From assembly GCA_000708835.1 (NCBI GenBank), contig DF237126.1, forward strand, positions 50,369 through 114,368: a DNA stretch of 64,000 nt, given 5' to 3'. The notes beneath the pieces are model-generated. The model was not told the origin of the DNA. It searched no databases and was given only the letters and a program-made list of their open reading frames with translations. The position numbers were made by a program, and so were the translations under genes. The DNA comes from Klebsormidium nitens (lineage: Eukaryota; Plantae; Klebsormidiophyceae). Every line of letters begins with the position of its first letter. The first letter of the stretch is position 1. Shown here in pieces: positions 24,279-37,843 of the stretch.

Positions 24279-26211
24279 ATGGCCGCATCATCAGCAACTT
24301 TGGAATGGCAGCGCCTCTGTAGGGTCCCAGGGCACTGTGCTAGCGATTGCACACGTTTCCCAGGTACCGAAAGGCTTGAGAGCGAATCTTCAAGCCGTCC
24401 TTCACATTGCCGATGGGCGAGAACGTCTTTCAAACCTGCTTGCTGCATTAGTCCGCCACCGCCGCAGCTGAGGGTAGATAGCACTCTGCCTTTTGGGAGT
24501 GGTCAACAGATCCGAAAGGCGGGAAAAAGGGGCAGCTCAAAGGCACAATCTCTTGGAGATGGCGCAGAAGCGTTTATCAGAAAACCCATGACTTTCCTTG
24601 GTGAGCCCTAGTAAGGCTCCACGGCTTCTCCATCAGCCTGCATCAATGTCTTGAGACATACATATTAGGCATGTGTGCTGCATCAAAAGATTCAGAAGCG
24701 AAGTATTTTAGCAGGAGTTTGATTGTTTCACTGGTGGTATGACTTCCTTGAGATGAAACTCCTTTTTAGTGTTGCTCTGGGCTTGCAGCTTTGGGTTGCC
24801 GGCTTGCCACCAACTCGCGTACCAAAGACTTCATTATAGCTGACATCATTGGACTCCCGCGTGCCACGGGAGCTTTTCCCGTCCATCAGGAAACGCAGCT
24901 TCACGCTCACATTGAAGAAAACTTCATCATATCCAAAAAAGAGGCTTGAGGGGCCTTTCCTATGTCATAACCTGTTCAAATGAAAGTCTGGTGACTGCCT
25001 TCAAGTCTCCAATGCCACAGCATGGCCATCCTCCCGGATCTAGCTTAAGAGACCGTGCGCTACTGTTATTTGGCAGCATGTCCAACCCATTCGAGATCGA
25101 GCTTGCTGTTCGGGACTCAGAGCTGGATGCCTTCGGAGTCGTCAACAACGCGATATTCTCGGTGTACATAGAGCATGGTGAGATTTGCATTCTCGGACCA
25201 GGTCTCTCAACTTGGAGTGCGCCAGGTGCGCTTGAACCAAGGTACTCTATGTTCTCAGATGCATTCTTCTTCTATCCTAAGTGCCTTTGAATCTTCTCTG
25301 TCAGTTTGTGGAATCACAGTCTGGACATTCAGTGTGTTTCATTAAAGAGTCAGACTCATGTCTTCAAGAATCCAAGCTTGCCTTGGGTTTAGTACAACCG
25401 TACCCTCAAAACGATATTGCCTTGTGCCACTGCTGCAAATATCAACCCGATGAAGGCAGGAATGTCAGATTGACGACCTTCCCCAATCATTGAGAAGGAC
25501 ATTCCCTGTGTTGTACGTTCCAGGCCGTCATGAGCTGCTGCGGGACATGGGCCTGGACATCAAAGCAATCATGAGAACTGGAGATGCGCTTGCACTTGCG
25601 GAGCAGACTCTCAAGTTCTTTGGGCCGCTTCGGGTAAGTACCGATGTTTGGTTCATGTTTGTTGCCTCCATATTGTCTCTGGGTTGCCTACTTCAAGTCG
25701 ATCAGCCAAAGCCTAGGTTTGATCAAAGTCTTGAAAAGCCCTGACTGCCTCCAGCAAGTCACCATGTCATTTGGGTAATCTGACCACGCAACCCCACACG
25801 TTCTTACAGAGTGGCGACCACTTTATCGTCAGCACCCGGATATCCAAGGTGTCTGCGGTTCGACTCATCTTCGAGCAGGCCGTTTTCAGATTGCCGGAAA
25901 AAGAGGTGCGGAGTCTTCAAACAATCCACGAATGTATGAACCCCTTCAGGTTTGCTCTTTCCAACTCTTCAAATTGAACCCTGTCGCGACTTTTATGTCC
26001 AGGAATCAGTGCTGGCGGCCGACCTTTCCAGCTTACAATTCCGTGCTTTACTTAACTCAACCGGTGAACTCATCTTCCAAAAGCCTGTCTCCTCTTGCAG
26101 AAGGTACTCGAGGCCTCGTCAGTGGGTTGCTTTTTGGACAAGCGGTATAAGCCCACGAGAATACCAGCGGATGCTAGAGTGAAACTCAAGCTTTATTGCG
26201 ACACCCACTAG
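24279..26211 (+). CDS. ALT: Hotdog-fold acyl thioesterase (ALT / methylketone synthase 2 type); 5' transit-peptide exon(s) uncertain
   Basis: Core exons 25077-25177, 25524-25633, 25810-25905, 26101-26211 give [60 protein letters not shown]. The start at 24279 (MAASSA..., donor at 24601) is a guess; its phase does not join the core directly. Confidence 0.85.
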
Positions 26212-27479
26212 CGTGTCAAGTCAGGATATACGGGATGTCACTCGAACATAGAAGTCCATAAAATACTTCTATGGACACGCCAAGCATGTTTCATTATGCA
26301 CGCAATGTCGGGCTGACGTTGTTTGACTGTCCGCTTCTCGTGGTGGCTTCGAACTTCGAAAGGCAATCATCATGTCCTAAATAGCTACCGTATACGTGGT
26401 TCGAGGCCCTTGACACGAAGTTGAACGCCGTGGCAATCGGTACTGACTGAAGGTTCCAGCTTTGATTCTGAAGCATGCACGTGCTTGCTCTGACTAGAAG
26501 GCCGCGTATACTATACTGAGCCCTGCCAGGTTGGTATACCAGTGACCATGGTGCGTGACAATCGACGTTGATGGAAGTGACACTCTTTCGCAATCAACAT
26601 TAGTATATCACATGCTACATGTGCTCCGGCATGTGGCAAACCACGGCAACATGCATTCATTTACGTACGCGATATGCAGCTGCGCCGGCCGCACTATCGA
26701 GTCGATCACACCGGGCCAGAAAGGGTACTAAGCTAACGGTCATCTCAAGCGTGTCCATAAGATCTGGGCCGCCGGGCTAGACATGACGACGCAGTTGCGT
26801 ACATGGGCTGCATTCGAGAGGATTTGGGCGCCCACTGATGCACATATATGGATAATTTGTGCATAAACGTACATAATTCGTGGTTTTCAAGAGTCGGGTC
26901 CTTAATGCAATTGCCGGTCAAGACCAGTCCGTGCAGGTTCTCAAGGTCCATGAACATTTCCTAAGGTCACGGTCCCCGCCGCCGGTGATGTAGGCCCTAG
27001 CCAACCGCTCATGACTGAAATCGTGGATACTGAATGATAGACGGTCTGCAAGTCCGTGCATGATCGACGCAATACGTCAGGCCTTAAGTCATGCGCACGG
27101 CGGCTGCGCCACATTTAGTCCACAAAGCTCCAAGACTCTAGTCGAGTGCATGTATCACGAATGCACATGGTGCGTTGATCCCGAAACTTTCCAGTTAAGA
27201 AATTGTGCATAGACTACCGAGTCAAGACCGCGATCAAGATCCCCGTAGTCCCGCCAGCCGAAAGGTAGATTGGTTGCAAAACGTAAGCGCTGCGTCCAGC
27301 TGAGCTCGACCAGGCACGCATTCCAATGTCAGTCAGAATTCTCAACTCGTCACAACAGTGACTTTGCTAGCGTCACGGCCTAGGCTTCTCCTACTTTCTA
27401 CACTAGGCTGTCGGTAAACTCGATGGAAACACTCACGTAGAAAGGCTAGGGTCTTGCCTTTCCGGTCGCCCAATCCTCT

Positions 27480-30400
27480 CTAATCTTTACTCTTCTTGGC
27501 CTTGGCTTTCCCCTTCCCCTTCCCGGGCAGGTCCAGCCCCCCGCCCAATCCCTGCGGAGCCTGCGGCGGAGCTGCTGCCCCCCCGTTGGCGTTTGGCGAC
27601 GCCGGCACACTTCCTGACGGCTTTTTCACTGACTCTTTCCCGGCTTTCGGAGTGGGCGGCGCAGACGAGCCCGCGCCACCCCCGGGGGGCAGCCTCGGTC
27701 CCAACCCGACTCCCAGACCCCCCGCAGCGCCAAGGGCCCCTAGCCCGGTTGGCCCCCCCGCTTTCTTGCCCGCCGCACCTTTCGCTGCCCCACCTGCCGG
27801 GGGGGGGCCCTGGTGCTTCAGATTGTGGCCCCCCTCGGAGATGAGCCGCAGCAGCTCTTCAAACGACATCTTCCCGGGCTCTGCGCGGTTCTGGCCCACG
27901 CCGCGCGCCTGCGCCTTGCGCCGGATCTCCTCCTGCGCCTTGACGGTGCGCTCGTCGACCCCGCGGCGCACGCGCGGCTGCGCCTCGGCGGCCTGCCGCT
28001 CGTACTGCTTCATGAACTGGGTGTAGCCGCCTGCGCGCTGGATGGCCGCCTGCAACTGCTGCTGCCGCAGCGCGACTTGGGCGACCGACGGGGACAGCAG
28101 CGGGTTGTTCTTGCGCTGCTGGGCCTGCAGAAAGAGGGCCGCGAACCAGGGGTGAGGATTACATCTGCTGCATCGGTAAGAAAATCTTAAGACCAATGAT
28201 GCGGGCTCTTTCTGCGACTTTTGGACTTGGGGACGGTGCCGATTTCGGTTTTGTGAGCTAACCGGTTCCGGGTTCTTTGTCCAGGACCAATGTGATCTTT
28301 GAAGGCAGCGCTCTGAGACCATGTAACCTGAAAGCTTCGTTGAGGGGACTCCCGTTTGAGCTAAAACTGCGGCATAACCCCATTAGTCACCGTTCACACT
28401 TTCGCTTGTATCTCGTGCTCCAGCAGGTTCAGCGCCAGCAGATGACAAACATAGATCTCGTACACCCTTTTGGTTATTTGATCCGCATACAGCAACAGCT
28501 TACAACGATGCCGAATAGGGAACATGTACTTTCCTACGACTCGTTCCAAGCAAACGAGACCCGCGGCGCCGCCTCACCTCGGCGTCCTTCTGCTTGAACT
28601 GGCGCAGGAAGGTGGCGCTGTCAAGCACGCGCTGCTCGTCCTCCCCGAGCACCTTCTTCAAAATGGTGTACGTGCTCGTCTCGTGCCGGATGGCCAGCTT
28701 GTAGTTGCCCATCGCGTCAAACACCAGCGCCAGCGTGTGCAGGCATACCGCCGTCTGCACGTGCTCGTCGCCCAGCAGCTTCTGGCTCAGCTTCAGCGCC
28801 TCCTGCAGGGGGGTACAATAAGACGCCGGTCAGTCTTGCATTTGAGGTCTGTCCAAAGGTGTTATAGATCTAGCTCAGTTTCAGCGCCTCCTGCAGGAGG
28901 AGCAGATTCTATAACGCGGTTAGTCGTGATTGGATAAGCGTATGGCGGTCTCGTGGAAGATGTTGGTGAATGTGGCTCAGCCTTGGCAGCGGGCTTCGTA
29001 CCCAGACATCTGCGGAACCGTGTCGCTCGTTTACACTCCTTCTGGTCGTTTCCCACTTTCTTTCCGAGGTACCCCAAAGTTCCGCCGGACTGCACGTTCT
29101 GTTCTTCCCCGAGGGTTTCCGGATTTCGATCCTTTCTGGGACTCCTCAACTGGTTCGAAGTTCTTTGACGTGACCAACGTGCGGGAGGCTCCGCATCCTG
29201 GAGATGCTGAACTTGACCTGACAACAGCTTACAAGGGGCGTCCTCTTCGCTACCAAGAGAACGACGACAAACCATCTGACGGCGAAACTCCTCAGCGACA
29301 AGCCTCCTTTTTACCACACCAGCAACCTCAACACCAGACGTCAAGCACAGAACAAAAGCCGAAATTGTCGAACGCTGGCAGCTTCACCCGGGACGACCAA
29401 CAGGCGCGTGTAAGAAATCAATCCAAAGCAGCAAACCAGTCCACGTGAACGCGTAGCTTGTCAGCGCTCCATGTTCTCACTTGGAGGTAGCGCAGCGCGG
29501 TGCCATAGCGGCCGAGCTCGTGGTAGTGCATGGCGATGTTGATCATGGTGGACGCGACCTCGGGGTGGTCCTGCCCCGTGACCACCGCCAGCAGCTCCAG
29601 CGCGCGCTTCAGGTGCCGCAGCGAGGCCTCGCCCGTGCCCACGTTGCTGTTGCGGTAGTACGACGCCAGGTTGCCGTAGCTGCGGGAATCACGTGGGCCG
29701 TTTAGATGGGGACGATCAACATTTTGCAAGGAAGAGGCAGAAATCTCAAGAGGCGTTGTCGTCGGATGTAGCACCAGAAAGAGGGACTGCAACTCACTCA
29801 GGTACCCTGCCCCTACGGGCACGAGTGCAGGGGCACTGCGAATTTAATGAATGGTTGTCGAGGTGAAAACAACGCTCATGGTCGATAACATTGAGAAGTG
29901 GCAACGATTCTGGCCAAGTTTGAGGTTGGAGTCAGACTGAATTTGCCGGGCCTCCTAAGTAGATTGTACCGTTCTTATCATACTCGCCCACGAAAGCCCC
30001 ACAAGAGCACCGTTCAATCTGTCCGAGCCTCTCTAGAGGCTCAGTGAAACCCGAAGTCTGGGATCCTGGTACGTGACTCTGTTCCTCTTGTTTCTGACTC
30101 AAATTGAGAAGGCCAATATCCACAATAGGTGAGTCCATTCCCCTCTGCCCCCCCACCCGAACCAAACAATGCAGCCTCGCACTGCTTCCCACCTTCCTCA
30201 AAGAGACCTCTCACCTGTGGATGGTGTCGGGGTGGTCCAGCCCCAGGATGCGCTCATTGAGGATGAGCTCCTTGTGGCCCTGCGCGATGGCGCCCCCGAA
30301 GTCCTCTGCGTGGAACAGTACCACGGCCAGCAGCTTGCAGCACTGCGCCACCTCCTTGCTCATCGCGCCGTGCACGTTCTGGAACAGGTTCGCCGCCTCG

Positions 30401-33400
30401 TTCAGCAGCTCGAACGCGCCCTGCAGGTCGCTCTGCGGGGAGAGGAAGGGGAGCGGGGTCAGGGCCCGGTGGCAGGGCTGGACGAGGGCTGGGCTCAAAA
30501 GTGTGCTCGGAAAGCCTGGCAAAACGCGAAAGTGGCAGAGACAACAAGCCGCAACGGTTGAAATCAAACCTCTTGGAAAGTGCTCGCTTGGGAGAGTTAG
30601 CGGCTCCAGATCAACAAAAAGTCGCCTTCGTATGAGACCTCGTTCAAGGGAGCTCTTAACAACCGCTCAATCCACGGTCAAGCGCTGTTTTGCTCCAAAA
30701 TGCAAGGGGCAGCCACCGGATGCTAACGAAATGGTTCGTCAGTCTGTGTTTCGAACAGCTCTAGAGACCAAGGGTACGAGGAACAGCAGCGTTTCGTTGG
30801 GACAGTCGTCAGGCAAACTTTGCTGCTCGACTAAGAATGAAGCTTTTTCGTTGGTTTTTCCGTTGGTATCTCCAGTATTTAAGAGATGGCCGTCGAACAG
30901 CGAAAATTCTCACCTGCTCCTGCAGGCGGAGCTTGCCGGCCTCGAGCAGCGTGCGCGCCTCGCTGGAGGTCGGGTCGGTATGTTTCACCATGGGGTGCAG
31001 GTCCAGAATGTCCTCCGGCTTGAGCGGGTCCAACACGTCGAAGTCGTAGTCGCGCGCGGCGATTGAGATGCCCATCTGCGCGAAGTTGGTGCTAACATGT
31101 CAGAATACAAGAGTGCGCTGGGGACGATGATATGAAGGATTGGCTCGGCGTCGTATGACGCAGCCGGCTGAACTCCGTAGTCTACAGCATCGTGGAAGCG
31201 TAAAGGATCTACGAAGCAGAAGGAAAAGGGAAACGATTGTAGTAGAACACGGGGGCAGCGCTTCAGGAGGGGTTATCAACGGCTCTGTTACATGGGGCCT
31301 TCCCCTTTTGAGCATCCCCCGTCACTACGCACCACCTCTGCCAAACGCCAACCTTTTCAACAGCACGACGTGCAACGCCACAGCCATGCGAGACTGCCGA
31401 GAAACTTGCCCAGGTCAACTTCCCGAACCAGGCGGAAACTGGGGAGAGGGTCTCCGCGGGGCTGACCTTTTGGCAGAGGTTCCGCAGCAGCGACAGCTTG
31501 CGCACGCGCTCGCGCGTGCCCTCAGGCAGCTGCGCCTTGTACTTGAGCCACACGCCCTCCTCCACGTCGCCCCAGATGGACTCCCCGGTCACTTTCATGT
31601 ACACCGGCCGGAAGTCCAGCAGCGCCGGGTCGATCTCCTCGCTCTTCTCCGCGCCCGCCTTGTCCCCATCAGCCGCCTCCGCCTTCTTCCCGTCCACCTC
31701 TTTCTTCTCGCTACCCTCGTTCTTCGCCTCGTCCTTCCCTTGTCCCTTCTTACCCTTCTTCTTCTTCCCCGGCGATTCTGCCCGGGGCGGCGTACCGGGC
31801 TCCTTCACCTCGGGTTCTTCGTTCTTCTTAGGGGCATCTTCCGCCTTGGCCGGGGTGACCGGGTTGATCTCCCCGGGTCCGGGCGCCTTCCCAACGACGC
31901 AGTTGAGGTAGTGCGCGATGGCGGGGGCGAGGTCCCACTCGCCTGTCTCGCGCAGGATCGCCCGGAAGACGCGCTTGCAGACGCGCGAAATCATCTCGAG
32001 GAAGCACAGGTCCCGGAAGTAGTCGCGCTCTGACAACTCGGCGACCTGGGAAGGGATACGAAAGTGTCACCAACGAGCACCCCTGTAGCGGCGGTATTTG
32101 TTATTCAGCTTCTTCAGCCCGACTTCGGGAATTTGGGGGAATTGTTTTTGGGCTTGCGAGTGTACTGAGGAGACTTACTGCGGATTAGCAGCTTGCACAT
32201 GGTTTGGCGTTCTGGAAAGTCAGAGTCTCGAAATACAAATGGGATGCCAGCTAGCGCGCAAGTTCAGAAGGGGATGGCAGATGACTTGTGATGGCATCCA
32301 CTTTTGATAATTTGATGTAAGGCAGATTTTAGGGAGTGGTATGACTTGCTTGAAGGACCCTTTCCAAGCATGACAAGCTGACAATACTTGTACTTGCAAA
32401 GATACACAGACTTAGAATTCAAGTCGAGCGCAGCAGGGACAAAGTTGGTTCTCGATCGCTTACAAACATAGCCCCGCTTCGTTTGATGAAAGGTCGACTC
32501 CAACTTTTGCCACACATCTTCAAGGCGCCCACGGCTCACCTTTCCTAGGTAGCGTATGTTGATGCCAAAAGCGTGCATGGAGGCAGTCAGCGTCTGGCCG
32601 TCTAGCGGGAGCACTTCAAGGGCGTGGATACCCGCCACTAACTTCGGGATCTGCGTCTTGACCAAGAACTCCCCAGCACGCCGTACCAGGTCTTCCGCCT
32701 TTTCAATCTCCTGTAGGGAAACCAGACGGATGGGTAAGGCCTTGAAAAACAGGCCCTCTTTAACCCCTCCGTACAAGCCAACTGCATAACATACGAGCAA
32801 GCTGATGCCGCCCAATTGCTGAATGTATTTTCTCAGAAAAAATGAGGACACGGGTGGTCTGAGTAAGAGACTCTTGGATACCTCGGATGCGAGAAGATGC
32901 ATTCACGACGGGATCACTACTCATCGGCTTTAAGGAGGACCTTGAGATCCTGACATGGCCCTCTGAAAAGAGAGTGACACGGAACAAGAATAATCAGGAG
33001 ACAGTTCTGCTCAACAGAGCAGCACGGACAACTAGGGTCCAGCATGCGCACCTCCTTGTCGCCCCCCAGCTTGTATGGCGAGAAGACCGATGGATGGAGG
33101 GCAACCGAGGTCGCATCGGCCTTCTCCCCTTCCTTGCCTTTCCCTTTCAACTCCGTAGCCTTTTCAGACTCCAGCTGCATAAGACAGCAGAGAAACTCGT
33201 CAGAATCGTGACTGCGTGCGATAAACCGCGATACAGTGCATCCTAGACAAAGACAGGCACACACTGAGACCAGAAGAAGGGCGTCACTGCGTGAGCCTGA
33301 CACAACCAGACCAGCACACTGAAAGAATTGAGGCAGAAAGCATACCGGCAAGCAGAAGATCAGGCGAAAACCCAGCGGATAAAGGAACGGAAAGCCCTGA

Positions 33401-36400
33401 GACAATACCAAGCTTCACCGTTGAGGGCCATGAAAAGGGTGTCTCCTCCTCCACTGCTGCAAATCCCTTGAGACCCTTCCCGTCGTTCCAACACGTGGGT
33501 TCAAAAACACCACAGTCCCGCCAAGCGCCAAGCATAACATCAGCAATAACCGCTCGCCGGCCAGACTTGCATACGCGCAAAGCCCAGGCGCCCACCTCGG
33601 CGAACATGCTAATCAGCTCCGGCCGGAGCACCGCGTTGGCCTTCTCCACGCCCTTGTAGTTGACGTCGCGCGGCGTGACGCGGTGCAGGTCCGTGAGGTA
33701 CTTGCGCCCATCCGCGCCCAGCACGCCCTTCACCTCCAGTCCCGCCGCCAACTCGACCGCCTTGCCCGCCCCGTCGACCACGCTGTGCTCCGCAATGTGG
33801 AGCTTCTTACCCACCTCCGCGATCTGCGGAAGAATGTGCGAGCGTGGTGACGGTGGGGACGGGGACCGTCCGCGAAAGCATTATCAGGTCAGAATCTTTC
33901 GAGAGATTTCATCTTGACCACAAGGGAAAGATTTGAGAGCCAGTCAAGCGGCCTCTACGATTGTCGTTGCCTTAGAGCAGATACTTCGGGAGCAGACGCA
34001 CAAGCTCGCAGATGCGTGAAAACCCTGGCATTTGTTGTTCGTTTCTTAATGTCGAGGCAAATCTGTGCGCCCAACTCATCGCTCTTCGTATGAAGAAATC
34101 CAGAAGGAAAGAGAACGCCAGATTTTGTCTTTGTTTCGGTAAAGCAAGCAACATTCCGGAATCTTTGCAACACAACCTTAAAACACTTCATCACACCGTG
34201 AGTCTCAAGCAGACTCTGGCAAACCCACCTTTTCGTGGAAGTCTTTGTCCCACTTGATGGTTTCTCCCAGGTCGGGGGACCCGTACTTGAGCTCCGCGGT
34301 CTTGCTCGAGTAGAGCAGCCCCGGGAGGACCGACTGCGCGACCAGGCGATGGCCTTTGTAGTCAACAACACAGTACGCCAGCGTGTGGACGCCTGCCAGG
34401 CAGAAAACACTTGTCAACTACGGCAACGGGTCGCTTAGGGCTAACAGACGGTACTGCTATGTTAGATAAAGTCAGGATTCGATCAGGAGGGACGGCTTGA
34501 GAGAGACCAGCATGTAGAGGAAGCACCTTGTCGACTTCCATCGGGGCTCCCCGTCGCGAACCAAAACAACAGAATATGGACTTGAAATCCAGAGGGCTCT
34601 GCCCTTAACCTGGACGCTGCCTGAGCTCGATGGCCTGGTTTTTCATCAGACCGCCAAACTAAGTGCGAAAGCGCCCATTGACCACTCAAATCGGTCGTGA
34701 ACGAGCTATCTAGGATCAACATTCTCCACGCTTTGCTGACATGTATGAACGCATACCTACCTGGAACGTCCGCACTTTCAACCGCCCTATGCCCCCGCAG
34801 GTTCGCGTTCGCTGACGCATATGATGTGCAGTCTTTTTCCGCCTGCAACATGCCCCCAGCTCTCAACCCACGCCCCGGGCTCTTCGCCTCCGCCTCTGGC
34901 GAGTTGTCCTCCGTTTCTTCTAACGAGGGCCCATCCCCGCCGCCCCTCTCAGACGGCGGCGGCCTAGTGATCGTGCGCCCCTCTTTCTCCGCGTCTTTCT
35001 TTTCAATCTCCTGCTTCTGCCGCAGCCGTTGCAGGACCAAAAAATCGTGGTCCAAGGCATAACCGAAAACGATCCCGTTCTGGACCCACATGTGATAAGC
35101 CTCCGGCATGTGCCCGTTAATGGGCGCGATGCTCTGTCGCACAATTTGTTTCACTCCCTTGATTGCAGTGTCGACGAAGTCCGCATTCACGCGCCGGATG
35201 TTGATGTCCCGGTTGATCCTGCAGGGCGATGGGGCGTTGAGAATGCTTAGAATGGATGGACCAGAGGTCAACGGACAAAAAGTTCAAGTAGCAAGTATTT
35301 GGCATCCAGGATCCACGTTGGTGTCGCGGATGTTGGAGATATTTATCACTCGGGACATAAAAGCTGTGCACCATAAAGATGCTCGAGTTGCATGTTCCAC
35401 CTTTTTCTTTGAACTCTACGGGAGACGATCTTTCTGAGACTGACGTGGAGAGGGTTGATTAAACTTCAACGATATCCCAGTACTTCCAGGGTTGATTAAA
35501 CTTCAAAGATATCCCAGTACTTCCACACCCCAGGCGCCGGTCAATCTCTTGTGACCACATCAGCATGAGCAGGCTGTTGCATCGGAATAGAACAAAACCG
35601 ACCCTCCTCTGTACCTTTCTTGCCGCGTCTCCCTGGAGATCTCCCTGCTGCCCTGCAGGTCCTCGTTAAAGTCCCGCCCCTCGTTCACTCCACTCGTCGC
35701 ATACCATGCAACCATCGCCTCCTCCGCTCTCCCGGGGTCAGCCGCAACCTCCCTCGGCTTTCGGCCCCCAACCCACTGGTTAACCGGGAAGGTTAGAGGG
35801 AACAGCTCGAACTGGTCTGTCTCGAGCTTCTGCTTGTGGATGGCTTCGTAGTTCTCCTTTGCCTTGGGGGAAACCAGGCTCAGGAGGCCAACTAGAGTGT
35901 GGTGCTGCAGCTCCGGGTTCTTCATCTCGGGATTGAACGGCTGCCCTGACTTGAGCTCGGTCTTGTTGACAAAGAAGCCCTGGGAGTGGCCGGTTATGCA
36001 GAGTGACTCGCCCTCGACCGTCACCACGTCAAGGTACACAAGGTCACCAACGATCCTGAACAATGAAGAAAACAGTATCTACCTTAGAGCTATTACAACG
36101 ATACACAAAGCACTCATTAGTCGGAGGTGCCTTGGAGGAGAAAGAAGCAATAGGATGGACTCTGTTCGGCCCAGGGGTTGTCCAATGCCTGTGTTCCTCT
36201 TAGATTAGGGCTTCAAAAGCGCCAGGACCGACACAACTTGACTGAAGTACAACCACAGCTCTGCGCAGGTCACATTGCCTTTAATCAAGGCCACAGCGGG
36301 CTTTGTTGTGCATGCAAGTGTGCAGCGACATCCTTCCTCCGCACAGAGAGAAGCCATCTAACAACTACCCACGAACGCACCTCCTATGGCTGGGCGGCGG

Positions 36401-37843
36401 GTTATACGCCGAGTACGCGATACTCTTCACCGCGTCCGGCACACTCTCCTCCTCAGGTTCTGTCACCACCTTCTCCAGCGTCCCCTTCTCCTCCGCTGCG
36501 AAGCCCAGCCCGTCGACCAGCTCCGCCGGCAGCTTATCATCAACCTCATCATCCTTGGGACCCCCCGCCTTGGCCTCCTCCTCGACGCGCTTCTCGTGCT
36601 CCCGCTGCAGCGCCGACGAGAGCGAGCGGTGCGGCCGCCGGAAGGTGAGCAGCTCGCGGGAGCGGCTGACGTGGAACTGCATCTGGCGGTCCTCATAGAT
36701 GACTGCGCGCAGGGAGCAGGTGTTGTGAGGATGGCACCAGAGAGAATGACTTGGTTGAGTTGTCCGAGCCCTCTGTTTGTGGAGGCGCTTTTTAGGGGAT
36801 AGAGCAGCTGCACCACCCTGGCATCAGTCACGGAAGTCATACCTGGCGCTCCCGCTGTCTTTGGCAAAAGGAATCTTTGGCGGTTCCTACATCAAGTTCG
36901 TAAAAAAAAGCATTGATGCTGTTTGCCGTACTGCAAATCCTCTTATTCACCGAGCTGTGTGCCAAGAGTGATACTTGCATGCACCTCTAAGCCACAGCCC
37001 TTCTGAATGCCTCCATCCACGACTTAGTTCCTCCCACATTGTGAAAGCAGCAGCGGCCACACCACTTACGCTGCACCACCTCCAAGAATGCCCCCCCAGC
37101 CTCGATGCCCTTCTCGGAGATCACGTCCTGCAGGGGCTGGAAGTCCGCCAGCTGGTAGCGCAGGCCGTCTTTCAGGTTGACAATGAGGTCATAGTGGGTG
37201 TAGTGAGTGACCTCAGGCAGCTCCAGCAGGAACTGCTTCAGGTCCAGGATGGTGTCCTGGGCCGCCACTTGGAGCTCCGTCTTCTCACCAGAAGGGCCGC
37301 GAATCTCCATTGGGTACAGGTTTGGTTCATCTGGACAAGGGCTGCCTTGGTCAGAGTACTGCTGAGAAGCCTTATGTTAGTAGCGCGTTTGAGGGGGAAG
37401 GTAGGGACTACTTTGTAAGGTTCAAGAGCAACCTCGAGCAGCTCAGTATGCAAGTGGACACCTCGTTATGGCAATTGGAAAAGGCTGCATTGCTCAGCTG
37501 CATTGCGAGTATCCTCAGCAGTTGCGGCAAGTAGCTCACCTTGACCCTCCTCCTCTTTCTTCTCTTCGTTCTCAGACCCTCCTGCTTTCGACCCCTCCGC
37601 TGCAACCTTCTCTGCCTCTTCTACCAGGGCCGCCCCCTCGGCACTGCTCCCATCAGCCTCTGCTTTTGATTCTTCTCCCTTCCCTTCCGCAGCCACCTCC
37701 GTCTTGGCTGAGGCAGTCTCCTCAGCAGGCGTCTCGACCTTCTCCTCTGGTACAGCCGCTGCAGGCGGGGCCTCTATCTCCTCCTTGACGGCCCCATCAG
37801 CCGCAGGCTTCGAGTCTGCCTTTCCTTTCTTTGACTTTCCCAT
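27480..37843 (-). CDS. CLU: Clustered mitochondria protein (CLU / FRIENDLY / TIF31 family: CLU_N, Clu, central and TPR domains), ~14 exons
   Basis: Start MGKSKKGKADSK at 37843. CLU_N segment EIRGPSG..ILDLKQFL..THYDL; Clu motifs SAYNPPPSHRR, GDLVYLDVVTVEG, RDFNEDLQ, VVDYKGHRLVAQSVLPG, GVLGADGRKYLTDLHRVTPRD, HAFGINIRYLG; TPRs GLDHPDTI, GQDHPEVA. Internal exon boundaries are approximate. Confidence 0.95.
28785..28897 (-). repeat. 25-bp duplication of a CLU 3' splice site plus exon start (24/25 identical, 88 bp apart)
   Basis: 28785-28809 gctcagcttcagcgcctcctgcagg versus 28873-28897 gctcagtttcagcgcctcctgcagg. Confidence 0.9.
35451..35524 (+). repeat. Intronic tandem duplication, 37 bp x 2
   Basis: AGGGTTGATTAAACTTCAA(C/A)GATATCCCAGTACTTCC twice with one mismatch, inside a CLU intron. 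Confidence 0.95.

Noticed and set aside
28930-29448. 172-aa plus-strand ORF inside a CLU intron
   Set aside because: Starts at a non-ATG codon, has no domain-like features, and is antisense to an intron; likely chance.
30104-32033. Long plus-strand ORFs (297-320 aa) and similar antisense ORFs at 19609-20046, 27496-28026 and 52324-52863
   Set aside because: Shadows of GC3-rich coding exons on the opposite strand.
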